Shown: piece after piece, positions 37,901 through 51,778 of the stretch
How positions within the stretch are numbered: the stretch's first letter is position 1
Layout of the letters: each line of letters starts with the position of its first letter
Assembly: GCF_026210795.1 (NCBI RefSeq)
Contig: NC_089431.1
Location: forward strand, 868,001 to 932,000
Direction of reading: 5' to 3'
Source: Rhizophagus irregularis
Taxonomy: Eukaryota
DNA: 64,000 nt
Notes under the pieces: generated by a model
Told to the model about the DNA's origin: nothing
Database searches by the model: none
What the model saw: only the letters and a program-made list of their open reading frames with translations
Made by a program: the position numbers and the translations under genes

Positions 37901-39463
37901 AAAATATTCGGATGCCAGATGATCCCAATAATAATTCTATCGGAGGTGTTACAAACGTTGTATCTGCTCTAAATGGGTTGACGCCTGCATCACTAGCTGT
38001 AGGATCAAACAATACAAGTATATCAGCCACCAGTTCACTTGCTAAAAATCCAATTACACAAATAAATTCTTCAGCAAGACCATTATCAAGTAATAACAAC
38101 ACAAATGGTCAAGGAAATGGCGATGGACTTACACGTACATTATCTAACCCAGGAATGATTACAAACAATGCGGGACAACTAGTAGGACAGATTTTAATGA
38201 GTTCTTCAGGTCAGATGTTAGATCCCAGTAAGATTAATGTGAACTCTGCAGGTCAATTAGAAGCACAAAAGATTAATACGGTTAAACAACAAAGAAATAG
38301 AGTACAGTTTACTCCAGAACAAATAAGCCAACTTTCTGATTCAAATCCAGCTTTTATGCAACAAATGCAAAAAATAATGTCTATGAAATCATCGTCGAAT
38401 CCTTCTACAAGCACTGTTACTCAACAAATAAATAATCAAAATAGTCAACGTCAAACTACAGTTCAAACTTCAAGGCAACAAAATATTACAGTGCCAAGTG
38501 TTGGATCAAACATACCTTCTAATTCCACTGTTCCACAAAACATTGTTCTTTCATCTGGGATGGTACAATCCCCTATGAGGCAGAATAACATAGTACAATC
38601 AAGTGGATCGAGCGGTTCAGTGCCTCAAAATTTTGCCCTTGCTAATGGGTTCAATATATCGCCATCATCTGGATCGTCAAATGTAAGACAAAATATTGTA
38701 CAATCAAATGGTGTATTGAGACAACAAAATGTTTCTATTGGTGTTAATGGATCACAAAACAATGTGAACGCTAACATATCTCTTGGCTCGCAGACGATCA
38801 ATGTGAATCCAAATGTCACAATTGGCACCAACGGTCCTCAACGATTCGTTCATCCAATTCATCAAAATGGTATAGTTAACATTAATAATATGGTACGTTT
38901 TTCTTTAATAGATGTATTAACGTTAACGATAAAATGGGATCTGTAGACTTAATTAACGAGATATAATAATTTTTTTTTTTTTGAAAAAAAAACAGCCCGG
39001 TGTTATTTCAACAAATGGACAATCAACTCCTATAAGAACCATCAATTTAGGAAATCGAAGCTATACACTTGGAGCAGCTAATAATATGGTTCAACTTAAC
39101 GGAATGAGACCAGGTTTAGCTAACATGGGGGTTAACCCTATTAATGCTAGACACCTTGGCACTTCAACAAATCTTCGACAGGTATCTACCGGCGCTGCTA
39201 TTCCAAACTTAACTTATCAGAATGGATTCAATGTAATAGCTAATAGTGGTGCTAACTTTGGACATACTAATTTGAACCAGATGGTGCCTATAATGAGTCA
39301 AAATGTGTTAAACGGTGCAATGTTAAATAATCTAATACTTCCAAGTCAAAGTCCAAGACAAAATAACGTAAGCCCATCAAGTGTATCGACTTCAAATGGT
39401 GGCAACAATTCTGTTGGAACACCTTCACCACAACCTCAAGCAGAACAAAGAACTGTTCGTTAG
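34934..39463 (+). CDS. EPL1: Enhancer of polycomb-like NuA4 subunit, multi-exon, with long N/Q/S-rich tail
   Basis: SFRHRKVDNKKPL, IETGVEKEEE, IPVP, YCMDEKDDIWL, HPWTCFRRRE..RRTRR and FRSRFGRGGR. Confidence 0.85.
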
Positions 39464-40829
39464 AGTGTTATGTATATACTTTTTTGGGGTGAAGGAATTA
39501 ATTTTAGCAAGAACTTTATATTAATATTTTCTTTCCAAAGATAATTAATTAGGGAAAATTTTTCCCTTCAATTGAAAAAAAAAATGAAAGGCTTGATTTT
39601 GATTATTCAGAGAATATTTTCAGAACCAGCAAGCAGTTCTTAATATAACACTCACCATATAAAAGGAAAAAAAAATGAATTAGTTTTTGGTGAGTAAGTT
39701 AATATAATTTGTAAATTGAGTTTTGCTTATGCAATTTTGCAAGAATACAAAATATTATCCTAAACATGCTATAAGCTAGCTGAAAGAGAACGCAGAGTGA
39801 TCAAAATGATATGAAGTTGGTTAGGTTGAATAGGGATTGATTATTATGTTACTTGCAAAGGATAATAGTTATATTTGCTTTAATTAGAAAATACCAACAA
39901 AAAATTGAAATCATATTATTTAAACCCGTAATATATAAATTTATATAATATGATTTCACAATGATTCTTATTATTATAATTTTTTTTTTCAGTCCATTGT
40001 GTGTATAAGTAAATAAATTTGTAAATTTTTTTTTCTTTATGTTATGATGAATCCTTTTTTTTTTTAATTTAGATAAAATACATTGTATATAGTTATATAG
40101 TATATAATTCAAAAATTTTTTTTTAATGAAAAAAATTTTTTACCTTGTTTCATTCCATTGTTATTTCATCCTTTTGATTTGTTCCATTGTAATTAAAAAA
40201 AAAAGAAAAAAAATCAATAATAATAATAATTATTATAATACTGTGTTTACTAATACAGAAATCAAAAAAAAAGAGTAAAAAACCGTTATTTAAAATTGAT
40301 TGATTTATATACAATTTTTTTTTAGGGCTTTAATTTTTTCCGTTTTTCGAAGAAGTAGGTCATTGTATCCACTTTCGAACAATAAAAATTTTTATAAATG
40401 GAATAAACTAAATGTGGTGTAACGGATATGATAAAATTACATTGTCCCAATATTTTGAACTTTTAACGTGTCACACTCTGTCAGTTTGCATTCATGTGAA
40501 TCGGGTATTCCGATAATATCATTTTTGTGATGAGAACTTTGATAAGAACTTAAAACATTTTATTGAAAGTTGACAAGAGAAAAAAAAAGGAAAAAAAAAA
40601 GAATTTCTAATTATCATTTTTTCAAAAAAAAAAAGAGAATTTCTAAAGTATCATTTTATCTGTTTCTAGAAAAAAAAAAAGAGTTTCTAAATTTATCATT
40701 TGATTTTAAAAAAAAAATTTCTAAGAAAAAAAGAGATCAATTGATCAATTCTATATATAACTTAAATTATTTATCTTATTTACTTAGATGATTTATCTAA
40801 GAAGATACCTTCTGGTTTTTTAATTTTTT

Positions 40830-42829
40830 TTACAATGGTATGCCATCAAGAAAAGCTTTATTGCCTTCTCTAGTAACAACAATTTGAACATTACCCAAAA
40901 TTCTTGAAACGAAACCTCCTTCACAATAAGCAAAATAAAATTCCCATTTCTTTTTGAAAATTTCGACATCATTTCGAGTCATATTGGGCCAACTTTTTAA
41001 CAAAGCAGGGTGAATGTGTTCATCAAATACTGAAAGAAATCTTTCACGCCACAAACGCAATGTACGCGCGTAATGAGGTCCAATGTTTTCAATATCATCA
41101 ACTATAAGGTTACCTTTTGAACCCTTGTTAATCGCTTCTACTAAGGTTGTCACACTTGGAACATGACATCCTAAAAAGTTGAGAAGTAAAAAAAGATTTT
41201 TTAAAAGACATTTTCATGTGAATGAACCAATTTTTCTTAAATTGTTCGAATCTTACCTGGGAAAATATATTTTCTTATAAAATCGACCTCTTTGCAATAT
41301 CTATCATATCTCGTTTCAGGCATAGTAATAACTTGAAATACACCAACACCATTTTTTTCGTTCAAAAATTTGTCACAACATTCAAAATACGTTTGAAGAT
41401 ATTCATAACCAACAGCTTCAATCATTTCAATACTAATGATTTTATCAAATTGATGAGAAGCAGGTAAATTACGATAGTCACATAACAAAACAGTTATACG
41501 ATCAGAAAATCCTGCATCTTCAATACGTTTTTCAGCGAGATTTTTTTGTTCAATTGAAAGAGTTAAGCTCGTAACACGGCATCCTGTTAGTCTTACGGCC
41601 TAGTATTAAAATGCAATTAGTAATACGAGAAATTAGTAGATATACTTTCTTTTGAAAAAAATAAATAATAAAAATACCAAATATTAAATACCTCGATAGC
41701 AAGAGAACCCCAACCAGTACCAATTTCCAAAACGTGATCATCTTTAGTGATTCTTGCTTTTTTGATCATCATTCTCAATTTTCTATATTGAGCTTCTTCT
41801 AAACTTTCCTCTTCATTTTCAAACACGGCACTGGAATAAGTCATGTCACTACTTAAGAAGGCAGCAAACATTTCATTGCTTATATCATAGTGGGCGGAAA
41901 TATTGTTAATGGCGTTGGAAATTGTATTTGCAAAGCGAAGGTTCATAACATAGTTTATAGAACTGAAAACGTATGAAGGAACTGTTGTAAGTTCGTCGAG
42001 GTGAGACCTATTCGCTACGAAAATCTGAAGAAAGGAAGTTGATTCAATATCCCCAAAAAATCAAGATAAAAAACCTAACAATTTATAAATTTATAAATAC
42101 CTTAATAAGAGTTACCAAGTCGTCGCATGTTACATCTCCTAGCATATACGCTTCAGCGTATCCCTATTAATTAACATTAGAAAAATAAGGTGACAATGAA
42201 AAATGGTTAGTATTTGTCAAATAAAGTTGGACAAATATATGATCGAATACTTTGTTGTGCAGATCTGAAATCATGTGAAATAAATATATGCTAAACAAAA
42301 AAAAAATATTGTACAACAAAAATAAAGAATACTTCGATGTGTAATACATCTTGTCAAACTGTGTAATATTAAAGCGAAATTAATTTAGAAATGATCATAT
42401 AACTTACCAAATCACCTAATATTAACAAACGAACCCAAAAAGAGTCGTTTATGATTTTGATTTCGCTCTTTAATTTCGAATCTTTAGGGCCAAATTCATA
42501 AATACAATCTTTACTAAGTACGCGAAGATGACCGACGTCAATTCGTGACATCAATGAAAGAACAGTATTTCGAGCTAATTAATACCATAATAACAAACAA
42601 TAATAGTAATTTTTAAATTAGTAAAAAAGACTGTTGAAAAGCCATCTTCGAAAATTGAAGAATTTTAGAAAGAAAAAAAAAAAAATTTAAAAATTTTTTA
42701 GTTGAATATACCAAAATGGAGTAAAGGCTCCCATGAGTTTGAAACGACGACCTCTTTTGCATATTGAAAGTAAGAGTCGACAGTCGAAATAACTTTGCTT
42801 GATGTATGATTTTTTTTTATATATGACAT
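40830..42829 (-). CDS. Cyclopropane-fatty-acid-synthase family SAM methyltransferase (UfaM/Cfa-like), multi-exon
   Basis: NISAHYDISNEMF...DMTYSSA, VLEIGTGWG, SIEMIEAVG, FIRKYIFPG, HYARTLRLW and WEFYFAYCEGGF; ATG at 42829. Confidence 0.92.
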
Positions 42830-43903
42830 GTTTAATTAATGTTTCTTTCGTAAGAGAGGAAACTCTTAGCAGAAAGACTGAAAGGTAAATTTGATGGTAT
42901 TTATATATGCACAGATGTAATTATTATGTATTGTTTAAAAGTAAGTTCGAAAAAATTTTAAGACGATGTACTACATTGTATTTCAGTTCATTTTTCGATT
43001 ATACCAAGTTTGTGAAATGAATGAGCTAATCTCTTATATCTTTGTATCCATTACAAAGATTATAAATCAAAATAGTATATACGAGTTACTTTTTGGTAAA
43101 TATGGTAAATATGATTTATGCAGAAATTTGTTTATGTTTATATTTTAATAAAATTGAAACGGTTTCATTTGTAACACGAAACACCGGATAAATCATTAAC
43201 CACCACTCTCAAATCGTATGACAAATTGATGATAAAGTTCCATAAATGTGATACAACGCGCGAAACGCGTTAAATTAATATATCTTATACATTTCTCATT
43301 ATCAAATTAAGAAACGATTGCATGAACGAGTAAAATTTAGAAAGAAGAATAACAATGATAACCTTTAATACTCGGTGAGAATGTCAATAATAGACTAGTT
43401 GATTATTTTTTTTTAATAGAAGATAGAGGCTATTAACTCAATAGATTTAATTAATATTATCTAGTAAATACTCCAAGCAATATATGCCAGATATGCCGGT
43501 AACCTCATGGTAATTGCCGACTGGTGTAATGGTATGTAGATCCAAATTATTTTAATAATTGATAAACCAGGATTAAGGTTAACGAAAACCATAATTAGCT
43601 ATGATTTTTAATTATTGGGAAAGAGAAACATTTTAATTTTTCCAAATTAAGTGTCATCGGAAAAAAAATAATGAGATAAGGTTACAAATAATGAATTCTC
43701 GGGATACTCGGAATTGCGGGTATCGCGCGGACAATAATTACTCGTATTTCCCAATTATGATTTATGACAAAGTAATATAAATATGACAGAATAATATAAA
43801 CAATGCTGTTGTATAACACTACCGTAATTTTCATATAAGCTCACCGCAGCTTTTATTTCTGGAAATCTATCTTTCTCGTTTTATTACTGATAAGGAGGAA
43901 AAA

Positions 43904-46809
43904 ATGTCAAAGATAGATATATTTTTATATGTTGTTATCGCTATTAGTACATTATTTTATATATTTAAAGTACCATTCTTTATAAATAATATATTTGAAA
44001 TATTATGTTTAATTATTATTATTATATTTTATTATATTATAAATAAAATATTAGAATCATCATTAATTTCATTAAATCAAGTTAATACCCGACATAAAAT
44101 ATATTTTTGTAAAACTTATCATTCTAGATTTTGGCCTGTTAAACATTCTTTTAAATATCCTGTATTATTTGTCGGAGTTGATTTAGATATATTAGAACAA
44201 CAACAATATAAAAAAGATGGTCATAGTTTGTAAGAATTTTATTTATTGTTTGATATACTTGTATTCTTTTTTTCGAATATTTTGCTTTTAATTAACTTTA
44301 TTTTCTGGATAGATTTGATATCGGATATAATAATAGTTCAATTATATTTAATATAAATGATGATGATTATCTTGGTAAAATAAATTCCGGAGATGATAAT
44401 TTAGAAAATCCGTATATACAAAAACCAAAAAATCAAATTAAATCAATCAAAGAAAAATTATTATGGCATATTAAACAACATGTAAGTTTTATTATTAATC
44501 TGCTTATCCTTCACTTCGATGATTATTGTTAAATAATTTTATGTGTAATTGTTTTTTAATTAGAATATCCCGACAGATGACTTAAGTAGATTTGAATTAG
44601 TTACGATGCCGAGATTTTTAGGATATGCGTTTAACCCGGCTAGTTTTCATTATTGTTACAGCAGAAATAATGAACTTAAAGTTGTAATATTAGAAATTAA
44701 TAATACTTTTGGAGAAAAACATTTACATGTTTTAAGTAGAGATACTGTTACTGATCAAGAATCACGGAACGGGTAAGATTCTTTCTTAATAATTAATGGA
44801 TGTAATTTAATATCTAAATTTAAAATAACTTTTATCTTTTTAATAGTTATGATATGAGTTTTACCATGAAACGAGCGTTTCATGTATCCCCATTTAATGA
44901 TCGTTTAGGGACTTACAAAATGCTTTGTAAAGATCCATCATCGGGTTATTTAGATATGAGGATTGTAATGTACGCAGGTCAAGATAATAAATCACAACTG
45001 AAAAAGAAAATGGTTGCTACAGTATCAGGACCTTCATATATATTATCAATGAATAGCTTATTATATGCTATAATAAGATATCCTTTTGATATATTTTTGA
45101 CATTTCCAAGAATATTAAAAGAAGCATATAAGTTACATTATAGCAAAAAGTTAGGGATTTATCATAGACCAATTCCTATTGAAGGGACTGTTGTTAAACT
45201 TGAACCAAATTCGATTGAATTGTATGTATTCTTATTTTTCAGTTTAAAAGTTTTTAATTTTGAACTTAATATATATCTAATCTTTTTCATTTTAAATAGA
45301 CACGCTCAAGAAATTATTACAAGTTATTTACGTTACTTAATAGAAAGTTCGTTAGAATCAACCTATATTACGATAAATTTACCTGACAAGAACAAATTAC
45401 CAATAATAATTCGTCCATCAAATCTTCCGATAATATCATTCTCAAACACTATAACAATAAATCTTCATGATTATTCATTTTTTACAAATTTATTAATAAA
45501 TCAAAATATTTATAGAGCTTTATTAATAAGTTATTTTGAAAAATCTTGGGATTGTGACGAATTAGGATTATTATTAAAATTATTTTTTAACAATAGATTA
45601 GATATAGAAAATAAAGTAGATAATAAGAAGGAACCTTTACATAGAGATTATAAAATTAAATTAAGTAATTTTGAAAATAGAATATCAATATTAAGAAGAT
45701 GGTATTGGAAAAAATCATTCAATAATCAAGAAAGTTCGGGTGAAAGAGCTAAAAAAGAGTTTGATCAACTATTACAAAAAATGTGGCCTCCCATAGGAGT
45801 AGATAGAGATTTTATTGCTTCTATAGTACAAAATGATGTTTGTTTTGATATTAGATTGGATGCTACCGTACGTATTTTTTAAAATTTTTTTTTTCTTTCC
45901 CTTTTTTAAGCTAATGTTAAGGTAAATTCTTTTTAGATAAATTCACATGAGGAAGTAGCAGTAGCGTTGAGAGATTTATTTGCAATAAATAGCGAAGGGA
46001 ATACAATAGCATTATTTGGTTATACACATCTTTACATGTTATCACCATTTACATTTCCTTCTTCAGCAACAATATCAAATATTTCACCAATCATAGCGTC
46101 AAAACTTCACTTACTTCCATTTCCACCAAGATATCTTGCCTATGAAAATAAAGAACCACTAAAACATCCAATAGATAAATTTATACATTCAAGCAAATTA
46201 TTTACTAATAAAGATAAATTAAAATATACTTGGATGATGTTATTAATGGTTTTGGGTTATAGTTTTGATGCTGGGTTTTGGCAAATGATAACGGGATTTA
46301 TTGAAGGTCCTAGAGGTAATCTTTATTTTGCAGAAAAATGGTTATGGGAAGGTATCGTGGATCTATTGAAAAGGTATGAAAGAAAGGATAAGGGTGAAGA
46401 AGAAGATAAGGATGAAGTCAAGAATGAGGATGAGGATGAGGATGAAGAACATTGGGCTGAATGTGAGAGTGATATTGAAAGTGATAATAGTATCAGTATT
46501 AAGAGTTCAAATGAAGAGAGAAAGAAACAAGTATTTGATGGCTGGGAGGTTGTTTATGAAAGGATAGGTATGTAGTATTATTTTTTTTTTCCGTCATATT
46601 TTCTTTTTTCTCAGCTAATTTGTTTATTTCATTTTTAAAAAGGTAATAATGATAAATTGCAAAAAGTTAAACCAACGCCTACCCCATCTTTACCATCACC
46701 ATCAACTAAACCTACAGAGGTTAATCCTATGATAGAAGAAGATAAACAACAAAGATTATGGCTATTTACAAAAATTTTTAGAGAAGTGATATTATTGAGA
46801 ACAGATTAA
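43904..46809 (+). CDS. DUF1365-family protein (UfaO-like) with long C-terminal extension, multi-exon
   Basis: HSRFWPVKHSFKYPV, TMPRFLGYAFNPASFHYCY, LEINNTFGEKH and KRAFHVSPFN. Confidence 0.85.
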
Positions 46810-47107
46810 AAATAATATTTTATAGAATTTTAAATTAATTAATTTAGTTTAATGAGTGAAATTTTAATAGATAAATAGATAAAATACTCAATGACTGCTT
46901 AATTATAAAGATTTATATTATGAAATTACGATAATTACTCATAAAATGTAATACAACTTTATAGCAATAAAAATTTTGTTTCATTAATTAATTTATTCAT
47001 CAAAAAATCTTAATACAAAATTACAAATTACAATATACTATGCTAATACAAATTACAGATGTTATTATTTTATATTACACAATTAAATAAATGTTCTTTG
47101 TCTAATT

Positions 47108-49151
47108 TTAAAGCCTTAAAACATTATCATTATCAGTATTATCATTTTTTTTACCGCTACATTTACCTTTTGCTTGTTTTTGCAGAAGACGTCGTTTCTT
47201 TCTCTGTCTTCTATTTTCTTTTGGTTTAACCTTCAAGTGAGAAGAAACATTTCCCTCTAATCTTTCCATAACCATATCCATACCACCATGATTAAAGATA
47301 TTCATCAAAGTTTCATTATAAGTATGTGCAGAACCAGAATCTTTAGCTATTTTCTTTATCTTAAACTTATTTACAATGCTATCCAATTCACCAGGTCCTG
47401 ATTCAGGATTATGTTTCATAGCGAGATTCGTAATGGCTAATTTTTGTATAGCATCTGCCATCATACTTTTATATTGCTTATCAGATTCAGGAGAAAGATC
47501 GGGGATTGGCCATTCTTCATGAGGCACATGTCTACGTATACTATATTCTGTTGTCTCTATTTCATTATTGCTTGATGGATTCGGATCGATTTCATTTGAA
47601 ATAATTGTGGTTGTTGTTTGTGAATCTGATTCAACTAAAACTTCTACAGGATGTTTTCCTGTATTTGATGATGTTGAAGCAACTGTTTGTACTGCCTGAT
47701 TATCAGAAACTCCATAAAGTGTTGAAAAATTAGTGTTTAATGTGGGAAGTATAGGGCTATTAAATGTCTGTTTACTCCCTTGAGGTGATACGGAAAAGTT
47801 GGAACTTCCGTTTGTCGATTGAGTTATTGAATTAATAAAGCCTCCTTGATTAAATACAAACTTGTTCAAATGTTCCGTTATAGATAACGAAGGTGTTTTA
47901 GTATCTATTTTGTATTCAGGTAATTGTACCGCAGAATTCAAAATTTTCTCAAGATCTACTTTGGGCCCATTTGAGGATTTATTTTTTTTGACTTTTTTAT
48001 TCTTCGTCTTTTTACATTTTATTGCGGGTAAATTGCTGCCAATTTGAGAATTTACAATTGACATTTTTTCTTCACTAAGAGATTTAGCAGTAGAGTGAAA
48101 TTTATCACTATGAAAAGTGGTCCTATATAACCCTTGCCGTCCTATTTCTAAAATATGTGTAAATAATTTTATTTACATAAATATCATTATAAACAACATA
48201 ATCACCTTACCTGCACTTTTTAGCTTTTCATAATATTCAGCTGCTAATGTCTCCAAATTAATAAAATCCGTCCCATGAACACCTGCTAATAACAGAAATA
48301 ATATAAAATTTAAAAAAAAAAGAAAAATTAATTTACGAATCAAATAATTTTATTTCGAAAATTTTACCCGAATTGAGTCTTCTCGACAAAAAGTTACTTA
48401 ATAGTTCAAGTAATACACAAGGATTATTATGATAAGATTGTAAATGTGCACTGTCTTCTTGGAACATTTCTTGATATTTATTTGAAAAATCAATTACAAT
48501 ATCAAAAATATCAAATGTATAATTATATAAGTTAAAAAATTTAATCACTTTTTCAACATAATTAGGTTCTCTTGCTTGTTGCTCTTTTGGTATATTATTT
48601 ACCACAGGTTCAAGTCCGGTATCAGTAGTCCAAGACTTTAATTGATTCGAAACAAATGTCGCAGGTTGTGGAATGTCATAATCAATTTCCATATCAACGA
48701 GTTCATCATCCGAATCATCTATTGAAACCGTAGCATTGTGAGAATCTTCTTCTCGTTCTTTGTTTTTACCTTTGTCATACACCAAGGATTGATTACTGGC
48801 ACCAAATGAATCAGATTCGTTTAATTGTACGGTATTCATATTAACAACAGAAGAAATGGTACCAAAGTCGAGATCAGTACTATATTCTCGTTCTTTACCT
48901 TTATCTTTATTAAACGCAACAAGTCTATTATCAGTGCTCTTCAATTCAAACTCTACTTCAGAATCTGAAGACGAAAGCACGATAATTTCATTATCAGGGA
49001 AAGTGTTATTATTGGAATTCACAGGAAAAGAAGGAACATTATTTCCCAATTCCTTTTGTGAACTTTCATACGCTTTCGGCTGATTATTACATAGTTGTGA
49101 ATAAAAGAACTTTGAGGTAGAAGAACTAGAGCTTCCTGGTGAAAAATCCAT
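47108..49151 (-). CDS. Hypothetical, largely disordered protein, multi-exon
   Basis: ORFs 48333-49151 and 47108-48064 are linked by short GT-AG exons near 48210-48285. S/N/D-rich with a basic C-terminus. Confidence 0.6.
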
Positions 49152-49384
49152 AGAAAAATTTCTTATTATCCTAAGGCATGTGTTTTTTTGACCATCTTAT
49201 AAAAAATATATATGATAACGTGATTTGATTAAGCCATATTTTTGGGGACGAAAATATGATTTTCCGGATTTTCATAAATTTGAACCGTGTGTAAATTGAA
49301 TGCAGCTTAAAGGGTCGCGCAATTTTATATAAATTGACAGTGAATTACCCCGAACTAAATTTTTTTTTTTTTTCTGCTCAAAAA

Positions 49385-51263
49385 ATGTCTCAAGAGCAAA
49401 GTAAAAGAATAGCAATAATTGGAAGTGGATGCGCTGGATTGGGAGCGGCATGGTTGTTATCGGAACATTCTCCGCATAATGTTACTATTTATGAGCAAAA
49501 TGATTATTTGGGAGGACATACTCATACGGTTGATTTTACAGTTCCTTCTACAAAGTCCTCTAATTCTCCGCTTACAACGCCGGTCGACACCGGATTCATT
49601 GTATTTAATCATGTTACGTATCCAAACCTTATTAAGTTTCTTCAACATAAAAATGTTGAATACATAGGTTCTGACATGGGTTTTAGCGTATCAAGAAACA
49701 AAGGAGAATTTGAATGGGCGGGAAAAAATATATTTACAGTCTTTGGGCAACCAGAGAATTTATTGAATTTGAATATGTGGAAAACTGTTTTTGATATTAT
49801 GAAATTTAATTTTCACGCAACTGATTTATTAGAATTGGAAGATGATCATCCCGAAAAAAAAATGAAACTGGGAGAATATTTGGATTTACATGGATACTCT
49901 TCAGCATTTAGGGATAATTATCTTTTGGTAATGTAATTTATGTAACTATTAATTTATGTTTGATGAAGATTCTAATTTAACAAACACGTGATTAATTAGC
50001 CGATGACTGCGGCGATTTGGTCTACTCCGCCGGACAAGTGTGCGCTTGACTTTCCCGCATTGACGTTAATACAATTTATGCATAATCATTTTTTCCTCCA
50101 AGTAATGAATCGCGTTCAATGGCTTACTATAAAAAATGGAAGGTTAGAAATTTGAAAACGTGCACAAATCGCGTTCATTATTAATTTAAATTGATTATTA
50201 TTTATTTATTTATTTTTAGTCGCAAATATGTGGAAACGATCGTTCCACATATTCATAGTGTACGACTTTCAACAAAAGTAACATCAATCACACGTAAATC
50301 ATCAAATCCTTCGGATCCTTCTTCACCACCAATCATTATTATTACAGATAGCAATGGGGGACGCGAAGAGTTCGATCATGTAATTTTCGCCACTCATGCT
50401 GATCAAGCTATACAAATTTTGGGTGACCAAGCTACCGATGACGAAAAGCGTATTTTGGGAAAAGTTCGTTTTAATAAAAATCGCGCCGTGTTACACTCCG
50501 ATCTTTCGGTAAGAGAAATTAAATTTAATTGATTTTTATTTTTATTTTTTATTCTTTTTTTTTTATTATTTTAAATTGATAAAATTATAATTGTACGAAT
50601 AGTTAATGCCAAAGCGCCGTTTCGCGTTCTCTGCTTGGAACTATATTACCAAATCTACTGAAAATTCTCTTAACACTGATCAAGTTTCTTTGTAAGATTT
50701 ATCGTTATTTTGTATAAAGTTTATTATGTTAATGGAAAATTATAATTGAAATAAAAAAAAACTATATATATTTTTTTTATAGGACTTATGACATGAACAT
50801 TTTACAATCAATCGATGAATCAGTTTATGGGCCGGTTCTTGTAACTTTGAACCCTCTTTACGAACCCGATCCATCAAAAGTCGTAGGTTCGTGGTCATAT
50901 GACCATCCGTTATACACACCAGAAACAATTGCAGCACAAGCTGAATTGCGTACTATCCAAAATCTTCCAAATCTTGCTACAACATTTGCAGGAGCCTGGA
51001 CAAAATATGGATTTCACGAAGATGGTTTTACTTCGGGTTTAAAGATTGCCAATGAATTTTTGGGTGCTTCATCACCATTTGGAATAATTGATGCCACTCA
51101 TATTAGAGGAAGACAAGCTGAATTAAATTTAACTGAGAAAGTACAAAAAAGACTTTGGATTTGGTTTGAAATGTGGGTGGAAATGTTATGCGTTATATTA
51201 ACTATAACGAAAGTTTATTACGAAATGGCCTACAAATGGACTAATCAAAAGAAGAAAGATTAA
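49385..51263 (+). CDS. FAD-dependent oxidoreductase, COG2907/amine-oxidase-like (UfaD-like), multi-exon
   Basis: IAIIGSGCAGL Rossmann motif, LGGHTHT, VDTGFIVFN..TYPNL, PMTAAIWS, ATHADQA, SAWNY and GAWTKYGFHEDG. Confidence 0.9.
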
Positions 51264-51778
51264 CTTAATAAGTAATATATGACATGAACAAAAGATTTTC
51301 TTAAAACTAATTTATTTTATAATTGATACTGTTAAATTATAAAAGATATAGTCACATCTTTTCTTTGATAAATTTTTTTATTTTATTTTATTCTGTAAGA
51401 GTGAAATCCGGACTAACTTTGTGTAGGAAAAATACTAGAGGTAATAAAAAGTGGTACTAAATACAAAGTAAGAATAACTAACTAAAGTAAGTGTTCTCCA
51501 TGTAAGGGGACTTTCTTTGATAAATAGAGTTAATAAATTATACCCGATTTTCCATAAGAAACTCAATCACGTGTATGTATATCACGTGATTGCAATCATT
51601 TGATATACTTATTTTTTTTACTTTTTCAATGAATAAATAAATGAGAAACTCTTTCCGACGATCGTAAAATACCAAAAATTCACAGAAAAAATTTTCGTTA
51701 AAAAACATATTTCTTTATAGACAAGTACCACTTTTTTCACCAGTTTTGGTCTCTACGTTCTTCTCGGAACATTATCAT

